From: Deinococcales bacterium
Lineage (GTDB): Bacteria > Deinococcota > Deinococci > Deinococcales > JAAFIG01
Assembly (NCBI GenBank): GCA_043730305.1
Contig: JAYTKL010000416.1
Span: forward strand, 1-11,614
Reading direction: 5' to 3'
DNA: 11,614 nucleotides
This document shows, one piece after another, positions 1 through 6,441 of this stretch. The notes under the pieces were generated by a model. The model did not search any database. It was not told the origin of the DNA and worked only from the letters and a program-made list of their open reading frames with translations. The translations under genes and the position numbers were made by a program. Positions within the stretch are counted from its first letter, which is position 1. Each line of letters starts with the position of its first letter.

Positions 1-444
1 CAGCAAAACTCTCGATTCGTATCATCATCTTGTCAAAGAACTCACCCGCTCGAGTTCCTTCCCTTGCGGGGGGCGCTCTCGAAGGCGGCGATAAATGTAT
101 CACCCAAGTTGGGATGTGTCAACACCTGATGTTTTGGGTTTGGACTCGAGTTGTAAAAGATTGATTTTTTACGTCAGGGACAAGTCCAGGTAAGCCAGTG
201 GAATTTGAGGGATAAAACTCAAGCTTCGAGAACGCGTCATTCTTGAAGCCCGAGATTATTATTTTTGGGGTTTTAGAAAATTGTTCGTGATTGCAGAAAA
301 AGCAGCGATTGTGCTTGCCCCTCTCATTCCCAACTTTACTGAATTCTCGAGAGATAAAAATTTCTGTGCTGGACTTGATTCGTTTTAAAACATTGAAAGA
401 AACTGGTGGCATTATGATTGGTTGTCTTAAAACAACCGCAGTCT

Positions 445-1206
445 TTACTGCACGGTCTGTTGGATTTCGATTGCGCCGTAAATCTCGGGTTGTTCAACCT
501 CGAGTTCTCCAGCACGAACGCCCTCAAGCATGGCGCTGAATAAAACGGTGCGTTCGCCCCAGTCGGTGGCGGGAATGTCTGCAAAGAAGAATTTTTTGAG
601 CTTTTGACTGAAGACACGTAGACGCTCGAGAGCTTGGGGAAGTGTTAAGCGGTCATGGGCGAGGTCAAACAGGTTGACTTCGCGGACGCGGCGCTTGGCG
701 GCTTCGACCAGATCGCCGATGCTTTGGGTGAGTGGGCGCATTTTGCGCGGAAGGTTGATTGGTACGGGGCTGGCAATCAGCATTTTTGAACGTTCTTTGC
801 GGCGGTCACGCAAGAACGAGATTGCACCCTCGAGTTGCGCCAGGGCTTCGACGCCTGAGAGGACATCCTCGAGTGAGGCATCAATTTCATCGGCGTCTCC
901 ATGATGAACTTTAATGGGGCGCGGCAGCAACAAACGCGCTTTGAGTTCAATCACGCCAGCCAAGTGCGGCAGGGCTTCGGACGCCAAGTCCAAACTGCCG
1001 ATGCTGAGAACCTCGAGTTCGGTGCGAAAATTTTCAAAACGCAGCAACACGGCGCGGGTCAACTCGAGGAGCGGCACAAAAGCGGGTTCGAGCTTGCCAG
1101 CACGCAACGCGGCGGCAAGCTCGAGCAGCGTGCCTTCAAAACCTTCAAAACGAGCAATGAAGGTGATCTCGAAGGTGTCTATTGGCTCGAGGATGGCTTG
1201 GGTCAT
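445..1206 (-). CDS. scpA: Segregation and condensation protein A (ScpA, kleisin of the SMC complex)
   Basis: 253 aa. N-terminal FEGFEGTLLELAAAL...LEP region resembles the ScpA FEGPLDLLLHLI motif. Central ..LDLASEALPHLAGVIELKARLLLP resembles ScpA ELDIASEYL...LLSIKSRMLLP. The ATG at 1204-1206 overlaps the trpS stop TGA (1203-1205) as ATGA, indicating translational coupling. Confidence 0.8.
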   Translation of the reverse strand: MTQAILEPIDTFEITFIARFEGFEGTLLELAAALRAGKLEPAFVPLLELTRAVLLRFENFRTELEVLSIGSLDLASEALPHLAGVIELKARLLLPRPIKVHHGDADEIDASLEDVLSGVEALAQLEGAISFLRDRRKERSKMLIASPVPINLPRKMRPLTQSIGDLVEAAKRRVREVNLFDLAHDRLTLPQALERLRVFSQKLKKFFFADIPATDWGERTVLFSAMLEGVRAGELEVEQPEIYGAIEIQQTVQ

Positions 1207-2219
1207 TGGCTGACAGGACGGATTGAATTGGGGCGCAATAAACCAATCGCGTCACGAACCTCGAGCATCGTCTCACGAGCAATTTTCTGGCAGTGTTCTG
1301 CGCCAGAAACCAAAGCGTCGGTGACTTCATGCGGGTGAGCTTGAAGGTGCGCGGCTCGAGCTTGAATCGGCTCGAGGGTTTCCATCAGACCGACCATCAG
1401 GCGTTTTTTGCAATCAATACAACCAATGCCGGCGGTACGGCAACCCGTGTCCACTTCTTGAATGGTCTCGAGGCTCGAGAAGAGCTTATGGTACGAGAAG
1501 ATCACACACTTTTCTGGTGTTCCAGGGTCGTTGCGGCGCACCCTAGCGGGATCGGTGGGCGCAACCCGAATTTTCTCCCAGAGTGCGGTTTGAGGCTCGA
1601 GCAACTCGAGGGTGTTGTTTTTGGATTTACTCATCTTGCCCGAATTGTCCAGACCAGGCACTCGAGCGGCGCTTTTGTCGATGCTGGCTTTGGGTTCTGG
1701 AAAGACAGGATTTTCGGGAGAGAACCTGGCGTTAAAACGCCGCGCGACCTCACGGGTGAGTTCGATGTGCTGAATTTGATCCTCGCCGACGGGAACGGTA
1801 TCGGCTTTGTAAAGCAGAATGTCGGCGGCTTGAAGCACGGGGTACATCAGTAAACCTGCCAGAACGCTGTGTTGTTCGGACTTATCCTTGAATTGCGTCA
1901 TGCGCTCAAGTTCGCCGAGCGGGGTTTGGGTACTGAAGACCCAGCCAAGTTCGAGGTGTTCTGGTACGTGTGACTGTGCGAAAAGCACAATTTTGTTGGG
2001 GTCAAGTCCCGCCGCCATGTTCGCCAGCGCCGCGTCGAAGGTGAGTTTCCCAAGCTGTTCACGGTCATGAGGAATGGTGATGGCGTGATAATCCACAATG
2101 CAAAAAATTGCGTCCTTACCGATTTGCTCACCAATTTTGACCCAGTTGCGGATTGCGCCCAAGTAATTGCCGATGTGCAAGTCGCCGGTTGGTTGAATGC
2201 CAGAAAAAACACGTTTCAC
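1203..2219 (-). CDS. trpS: Tryptophan--tRNA ligase (TrpRS, class I aaRS)
   Basis: 338 aa. N-terminus KRVFSGIQPTGDLHIGNYLGAIRNW carries the HIGH-type motif (HIGN) and a KMSKS motif (GKMSKSK) is present. The start codon is GTG (the + strand reads CAC at 2217-2219). Confidence 0.9.
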   Translation of the reverse strand: MKRVFSGIQPTGDLHIGNYLGAIRNWVKIGEQIGKDAIFCIVDYHAITIPHDREQLGKLTFDAALANMAAGLDPNKIVLFAQSHVPEHLELGWVFSTQTPLGELERMTQFKDKSEQHSVLAGLLMYPVLQAADILLYKADTVPVGEDQIQHIELTREVARRFNARFSPENPVFPEPKASIDKSAARVPGLDNSGKMSKSKNNTLELLEPQTALWEKIRVAPTDPARVRRNDPGTPEKCVIFSYHKLFSSLETIQEVDTGCRTAGIGCIDCKKRLMVGLMETLEPIQARAAHLQAHPHEVTDALVSGAEHCQKIARETMLEVRDAIGLLRPNSIRPVSQ

Positions 2220-2362
2220 GGCTCGAGTATACCGCCCATTTGAGATTTGCTTTGAGACCAGAGAAGTGGTTGAACTCGAGTGCGGGGTAATTCAATTTGA
2301 TTATCTCGAGTTTCTTTTTCAAACTAAAAAATAACTATTTTCACTTAAAACGAAAATTATAC

Positions 2363-2392
2363 TTAACAAATTATAAGATTAGGTTTTATAGT
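2363..2392 (+). promoter_or_regulatory. Candidate sigma70-type promoter for the 64-aa ORF: -35 TTAACA (2363-2368), 18-nt spacer, -10 TATAGT (2387-2392). It lies in the AT-rich divergent region shared with trpS.
   Basis: Hexamer matches read directly from the sequence. The AT-rich 2320-2400 block also contains TATAAT-like hexamers on the minus strand that could drive trpS. Confidence 0.3.
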
Positions 2393-2411
2393 ATTTCCAG
2401 GAGGCAGGAAA

Positions 2412-2606
2412 ATGAACAACCAAACCGAATGGGCACTCAGCGTCAACCGTCAGCACCTCGAGCAACTCCTGCACGACGCAGACAACCACCGTCAACTTCA
2501 AAGCGCTCTCGGCAACTGGCGACACCAACTCGCTCAAACCCTACAAGCCTGGGCAAAAAAACTCGAACCAGAACTCGAGCTTCAAACAACCAGAAAAATG
2601 GCATAA
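2412..2606 (+). CDS. Hypothetical small protein (64 aa, hydrophilic, predicted helical)
   Basis: ATG preceded by AGGAGG about 8 nt upstream (ccaggaggcaggaaaATG). Stop TAA at 2604-2606, followed by a hairpin. I recognise no domain. Confidence 0.4.
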   Translation: MNNQTEWALSVNRQHLEQLLHDADNHRQLQSALGNWRHQLAQTLQAWAKKLEPELELQTTRKMA

Positions 2607-2608
2607 AA

Positions 2609-2630
2609 AAAGGCATCCGAAGATGCCTCG
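2609..2630. terminator. Intrinsic terminator hairpin AGGCATC-cgaa-GATGCCT between convergent genes. On the minus strand it is followed by T7, so it mainly serves the peroxiredoxin gene.
   Basis: 7-bp perfect stem with a 4-nt loop at 2611-2628. An A7 tract lies immediately 5' on the + strand, which reads as a T7 tail on the minus strand. Stops of flanking genes are at 2606 (+) and 2650 (-). Confidence 0.6.
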
Positions 2631-2649
2631 AGATTGAGCAAAAGTTTTT

Positions 2650-3186
2650 CTAACCGCAAGAAACAGTACCGCTCAACACCACCTTGCAATCGCCTTTTTG
2701 CTTCACGAACTCGAGATTCTCAGCCGCATCATTGACCGCGTTGACACCACGTTTGATGGCGTTCACCTTGCCCGAAGGCGCGATAATCACCGTGTCGCGG
2801 CTGTACAACCCAAACCCCGAAGCAACATCGAACGCCTTTGCCAACTCGAACTTGGTATCGGGGATTTGCGGGATTTTTAGCGCGTACTTTTTAACAAAAT
2901 CACATTGTTTGCCGCTCGCATCGTTCGAGACGCCGTACACCACCGCACCCGCATCCAAAAAATCTTGGTAACGCTTGGTGTACTCGATATTCTGCGCCGT
3001 GCAACCACTTGTAAAAGCCCGAGGGTAAAAAAACAGCACAATCCACTTTCCCTTGTCTGCCTCGAGCTTGATGGTTTTGCCAAACGAATCCTTGATGGTC
3101 GGCAGCGGCGCGAGTTCGCCGACTTTTAACGCCAGGACGAGGCTCGAGCAAACCAGTACAGCCAGAAATGCGAACAGGATTTTCAT
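2650..3186 (-). CDS. Bcp/PrxQ-type peroxiredoxin (AhpC/TSA redoxin family) with an N-terminal signal peptide
   Basis: 178 aa. VLFFYPRAFTSGCTAQ matches the Bcp/PrxQ active site F-T-P/S-G-C-T-x-Q with the peroxidatic Cys. The N-terminus MKILFAFLAVLVCSSLVLALKVG is a hydrophobic signal-peptide-like segment. There is no Cys at +5, so this is probably a 1-Cys or atypical 2-Cys enzyme. Confidence 0.8.
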   Translation of the reverse strand: MKILFAFLAVLVCSSLVLALKVGELAPLPTIKDSFGKTIKLEADKGKWIVLFFYPRAFTSGCTAQNIEYTKRYQDFLDAGAVVYGVSNDASGKQCDFVKKYALKIPQIPDTKFELAKAFDVASGFGLYSRDTVIIAPSGKVNAIKRGVNAVNDAAENLEFVKQKGDCKVVLSGTVSCG

Positions 3187-3231
3187 GACTCGAGTCTAGT
3201 CCTTTTGCTTAGGATATTTTGTAAACTGGCT

Positions 3232-4074
3232 TTAAGTTCTGTGATTTCCAGAAAGTTTCACGGGAACTTGCAACTCAATCACGCAAGGCACACCCTCGCC
3301 GTAACCCTCAGGCATCTCGAGATACACCTGACGCACCGCCCCAACAGTGCTGTAACCATTTTCTTCGACCCAAGCGAGCAAGCCAAGCAAGGCATCTTCA
3401 ACTTTTTGCCATTCGTGTACACCCTTAAACTCGAGGTATGCAGCCATCGGCACACCTGCCAGTTTATAAACCTTAACCAGGTCGCTTTCTGGGATTGGTT
3501 TCTCGAGCATTTGCGCGACTTCCATCTTCCAGAAATCATCTTGGGTTGGATGCGCAATATTGATCTGCGGCAAGGCACTCTGAACGCCGCATTGTGCCAG
3601 ATGGTCGAACAAAACCAAATAATAATTTTTGAGTGATCGAACCTTTTCCTCGAGCACATCAAGGTCAGGATTGCCGACAGACGCGACCAAGCAAGCGGGC
3701 AGCGCTTTGAGATTGACTGAATAATCAAACATGTTGTTCTCCTGACCGATGCGTTCAAGCCTGAGTTCGACTTGTTCGAGCCGATTTTTTTGTTCCAAAA
3801 TATGGGTTTCCAGTTCGGCTTTGCGCAACTCGAGCAAGTCCTTTAAGCGTTCTGGCGCGAAACCGTTGGCGGTTAAGGTCGTAATTTGCTCGAGTGAAAA
3901 TCCCAGGTCACGCAATGCCAGAATGCGGTTGAGTAACGCCATCTGACTGACGCCGTACTCACGGTATCCGGTCAGAGAATCAATACGCGTTGGTTTGAAC
4001 AAACCAATCTCGTCGTAATGACGTAACGTTCGGGTAGAAACTCGAGCCAGATGCGCAAGATCACTGATTTTCAT
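3232..4074 (-). CDS. MerR-family transcriptional regulator with a C-terminal GyrI-like (BmrR/TipA-type effector-binding) domain
   Basis: 280 aa. N-terminal MKISDLAHLARVSTRTLRHYDEIGLFKP is a canonical MerR HTH. A coiled-coil linker (LKDLLELRKAELETHILEQKNRLEQVELRLERI) follows, then a roughly 150-aa C-terminal domain typical of GyrI-like ligand binding. An SD (AAGGAAG) sits 4 nt upstream of the ATG. Confidence 0.85.
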   Translation of the reverse strand: MKISDLAHLARVSTRTLRHYDEIGLFKPTRIDSLTGYREYGVSQMALLNRILALRDLGFSLEQITTLTANGFAPERLKDLLELRKAELETHILEQKNRLEQVELRLERIGQENNMFDYSVNLKALPACLVASVGNPDLDVLEEKVRSLKNYYLVLFDHLAQCGVQSALPQINIAHPTQDDFWKMEVAQMLEKPIPESDLVKVYKLAGVPMAAYLEFKGVHEWQKVEDALLGLLAWVEENGYSTVGAVRQVYLEMPEGYGEGVPCVIELQVPVKLSGNHRT

Positions 4075-4106
4075 GTTGACTTCCTTTTGTTTGAGCGCTC
4101 GAGAAT

Positions 4107-4137
4107 CACAATGGACGTTTCCGTAACGTAAAAGTCA
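4107..4137 (-). promoter_or_regulatory. MerR-type promoter/operator for the merR-prxQ operon. On the minus strand: -35 TTGACT, a 19-bp spacer containing the dyad ACGTTacggaAACGT, then -10 CATTGT.
   Basis: Minus strand reads cgcTTGACTtttACGTTacggaAACGTcCATTGTgattc. A 19-bp spacer with a centred inverted repeat is the hallmark of MerR-regulated promoters. The -10 is weak but keeps A(-11) and T(-7). + strand coordinates: dyad 4114-4128, -35 at 4132-4137. Confidence 0.35.
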
Positions 4138-4172
4138 AGCGCCTACAAAGCACTCGAGAAGTAGAAACGAAC

Positions 4173-4200
4173 CTTGAATGATTGCTCATAAACCCTAAAA
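4173..4200 (+). promoter_or_regulatory. Candidate promoter for the secreted-protein gene: -35 TTGAAT (4173-4178), 16-nt spacer, -10 TAAAAT (4195-4200).
   Basis: Hexamer match only. The downstream gene at 4222 has no recognisable SD. Confidence 0.25.
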
Positions 4201-4221
4201 TTCTTCTCGTACACTCCTTCT

Positions 4222-5499
4222 ATGAAAAAGAACCTGCAACTCGCCGTTCTCGCCATCACCGTAGCTTTATCCAGCGCCAAAGCCACCGACGCAACCTTGT
4301 ACTACAACTTTGCCGAAATCCGCGAACCCGTGCAAATTACGGGCAACCGTTTCGATTGGTCTCCAGCCGCCGACCTTGGACAGTACCTTGTGCCTGGAAG
4401 TTTGGAACTCGAGTACCCAGAAATTTTTAACGTTAATCTTCTGCCTGCCAGCCAGAGTTTGTTGACGGCGTTTGAAGGCAAAGAAGTGCTGTTAAAACGC
4501 GATAACAAACTGGTCAAAGCCACTGTCATCAAAGCCAATATTGGCTTGTTTCAAATAGGCAACCAGTTTGTGCAAGCCAACGTTGCCGATGTGGTTTTTC
4601 CAACACTCGAGGGTGTGCGATTTGCCCCAACCTACTCGTGGACTTTGGGTGGCAGTGGCGGCTCGAGCGTGCTGACATACTTGACGAGGGGCATCACTTG
4701 GAGTCCACGTTATACGCTTGCCATTAAAGGCGATGATGCGAAATTAACGGGCTGGGCAGATGTCCAAAACGCAAGCGGTGTGGAGTACAAAACACCGAAA
4801 CTCGAGTTGATCGCTGGACAAGTCAATTTAAGTTCTGGAAATTACGACCAGAACGTGCAACCTTACGCCGTTAACGCCGCCGCCCCAATCGCCAAAGCCT
4901 CGAGCGACAGTGCGCCAAGCATCGAAGCCGCAGGTGAAAGCGCGGGTTTGCAGACCTTCAAATTTAACAGCCCTGCGACACTGGCAGCCCGCACCACGAC
5001 CAGCTTGCCGTTCATCAACACCAAAGCCAGCCTCGAGCGGAGTTTTGAGTATTACAGTGGTTTTAATGGCAGCCCAAAAATTGTGGTGCCACTCAGCCGC
5101 GTGTACAACATCAAAACCGATTCAGATTTGCCAGGTGGGGTCATGACCGTGCGTGAGGATGCCAGGGTGGTTGGGCAAGCTCGAATCTCTGACAATCCCA
5201 AAGCCGAAAAAGCCACGGTCAACCTGGGCGCAGATTTTGACTTACGCTTGACCCGCACGGTACAAACCCTGAGCCGCACGAATACCAACATCAAGTACAA
5301 AGTCAATTTCAGCATTACCAACACCAAATCCAGGGCAGTCACAGTCAAGATCAATGAGGTTTTGGGTGGGCAAAATTACGCGCTCGAGGCTGTGAAATTA
5401 CCGAACATCAAAAACAACGAAGAGGGCATCAGTGCGGTCAATACCCTGAAACCAGGCGAGAAGTTCGAGGCGACCTATACGATCACTTTCAAGTACTAA
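4222..5499 (+). CDS. Secreted protein of unknown function, probably the DUF4139 family (MuiA-like), with a cleavable signal peptide
   Basis: 425 aa. N-terminus MKKNLQLAVLAITVALSSAKA is a classic Sec signal peptide (AKA cleavage site). The mature part is Thr/Ser/Asn-rich and beta-rich. The segment LTYLTRGITWSPRYTLAIKGD resembles the DUF4139 core as I remember it. No SD is present upstream. Confidence 0.7.
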   Translation: MKKNLQLAVLAITVALSSAKATDATLYYNFAEIREPVQITGNRFDWSPAADLGQYLVPGSLELEYPEIFNVNLLPASQSLLTAFEGKEVLLKRDNKLVKATVIKANIGLFQIGNQFVQANVADVVFPTLEGVRFAPTYSWTLGGSGGSSVLTYLTRGITWSPRYTLAIKGDDAKLTGWADVQNASGVEYKTPKLELIAGQVNLSSGNYDQNVQPYAVNAAAPIAKASSDSAPSIEAAGESAGLQTFKFNSPATLAARTTTSLPFINTKASLERSFEYYSGFNGSPKIVVPLSRVYNIKTDSDLPGGVMTVREDARVVGQARISDNPKAEKATVNLGADFDLRLTRTVQTLSRTNTNIKYKVNFSITNTKSRAVTVKINEVLGGQNYALEAVKLPNIKNNEEGISAVNTLKPGEKFEATYTITFKY

Positions 5500-5513
5500 A
5501 AACCGCAACAATT

Positions 5514-5556
5514 CAAAAGCTCGAGAGGTTTTGGACTCTCGAGCTTTTGTTTTGAA
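5514..5556. terminator. Bidirectional intrinsic terminator between convergent genes: perfect 14-bp stem CAAAAGCTCGAGAG / CTCTCGAGCTTTTG, 8-nt loop, then TTTTG on the + strand.
   Basis: Stem 5514-5527 pairs with 5536-5549, loop gttttgga, T-rich tail 5550-5553. Flanked by the stop of the 4222..5499 gene (TAA at 5497-5499) and the stop of the DUF1801 gene (5559-5561, minus strand). The stem is built from two CTCGAG copies. Confidence 0.7.
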
Positions 5557-5558
5557 AT

Positions 5559-5981
5559 TTACGACTCTGGGTATTTCTCGAGCATGTGTTTTACCGAGCC
5601 TCGAATCAGTTTCTCGAGCGTGGGGAGGTCAACATCGGAGAGTTTTTTGATGTACAAACACGACTTTCCAACCACATGTTTTCCCAGTTGAGCACGTAAT
5701 GCCTCAAATTCTTCAAAACCACTGACGATGTAAAGCACGATATTTTGTTTGCGTGGCGCGAAACCAATTCGCATCCAATCGGCTTCGCGCCCAGAGGCGT
5801 ACCGGTAATGGTAAGTGCCAAAACCGATGATGCTCGCACCCCACATTTTGGCGCTCGAGTGGGTGGCGTCTTGCATGATCTGAACGATGGTCTGGCAATC
5901 GTTGCGAACCTGGTGATTTGGGATTGACTCGAGAAAATCACTTACGGAAGCATCCGTTAATTTGGTTTTGAGTTCTGCCAT
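5559..5981 (-). CDS. DUF1801 (YdhG/YdeI-like) domain protein
   Basis: 140 aa. KMWGASIIGFGTYHYRYASGREADWMRIGFAPRKQNIVLYI...GKHVVGKSCLYIKKLSDVDLPTLEKLI matches the DUF1801 core (MWG..iGFG.yhYkY.sGre.d...iGFspRK...vlY...GKh..gKsClYi..l.d.d...L..Li). An SD (AAGGA) sits 5 nt upstream of the ATG. Confidence 0.8.
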   Translation of the reverse strand: MAELKTKLTDASVSDFLESIPNHQVRNDCQTIVQIMQDATHSSAKMWGASIIGFGTYHYRYASGREADWMRIGFAPRKQNIVLYIVSGFEEFEALRAQLGKHVVGKSCLYIKKLSDVDLPTLEKLIRGSVKHMLEKYPES

Positions 5982-6038
5982 AACTGTCCTTACGCTTCAA
6001 TAGATTTTCAGAACGCAGCCTGTTTTTTTGTTGACAGC

Positions 6039-6067
6039 ATAATAGCGGCTTGGGTCCAAAACTTCAA
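6039..6067 (-). promoter_or_regulatory. Candidate promoter for the DUF1801 gene, read on the minus strand: -35 TTGAAG, 17-nt spacer, -10 TATTAT.
   Basis: Minus strand reads gattgaagTTTTGGACCCAAGCCGCtattatgc. + strand coordinates: ATAATA at 6039-6044, CTTCAA at 6062-6067. Confidence 0.25.
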
Positions 6068-6349
6068 TCACCCCAATCAGAACTGTCGAAGCCGTCGCCG
6101 AACGAATGCACAAACTCCAAGCTTTGAGCGTCAAACTTACGATTGTTGACTTTGACACGGGTTACTCGAGACTCAGCCATTTGTAGGGCTTGACGTTTGA
6201 TATTTTGAAAATTGATAGGTCATTTGTGATCGACCTCGGGCTACAATCTGAAATGTGATGGTTCTCGAGCGTCCAAAGGTGCATTTGGGAACGTTTTGTT
6301 GAAGCATCGCGTATCGTGATGCAAGAGGAAACCTCAATTCCTCTCGCAG

Positions 6350-6370
6350 TTGTCAAACACGCCTTGACAA
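6350..6370. promoter_or_regulatory. Perfect 7-bp inverted repeat TTGTCAA-N7-TTGACAA, about 70 bp upstream of the yqiJ-like/flotillin operon start. Candidate operator. Two small hairpins (6303-6321, 6323-6342) lie immediately upstream.
   Basis: Read directly: ttgtcaa acacgcc ttgacaa. The dyad half-site is itself -35-like (TTGACA). Confidence 0.25.
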
Positions 6371-6441
6371 GGCAATCAACTACAACACATTGATTCTCTA
6401 CTGCATCATATGTTTTGGAAAGTCACCCAAGGAGGAAACAC

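Noticed and set aside
1-129. Frame-1 + strand open reading frame running from the window edge to TGA at 127-129 (...AINVSPKLGCVNT*)
   Set aside because: It has no start within the window and no recognisable motif, and its composition is indistinguishable from non-coding. It could be a gene 3' end, but this is not supportable.
901-1853. Long + strand ORFs (901-1338, 914-1213, 1293-1853) antisense to scpA/trpS
   Set aside because: They lie antisense to strongly supported conserved genes, have no RBS and give low-complexity translations. They are typical shadow ORFs.
2220-2400. T-box riboswitch upstream of trpS
   Set aside because: There is only a partial match to the T-box core adjacent to the start codon. 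The leader is too short (about 130 nt) and no specifier-loop or antiterminator architecture is evident. I keep this only as a low-interest note.
3205-3758. ORFs 3205-3636 (+) and 3279-3758 (-) overlapping the MerR gene
   Set aside because: They are in alternative frames or antisense to a well-supported MerR/GyrI-like CDS and have no independent signals.
6415-6441. Upstream ATG at 6415 as the start of the yqiJ-like gene (track start)
   Set aside because: The in-frame ATG at 6442 has a properly spaced GGAGG. The 6415 start would add MESHPRRKH with no SD. I chose 6442. The extension remains possible.
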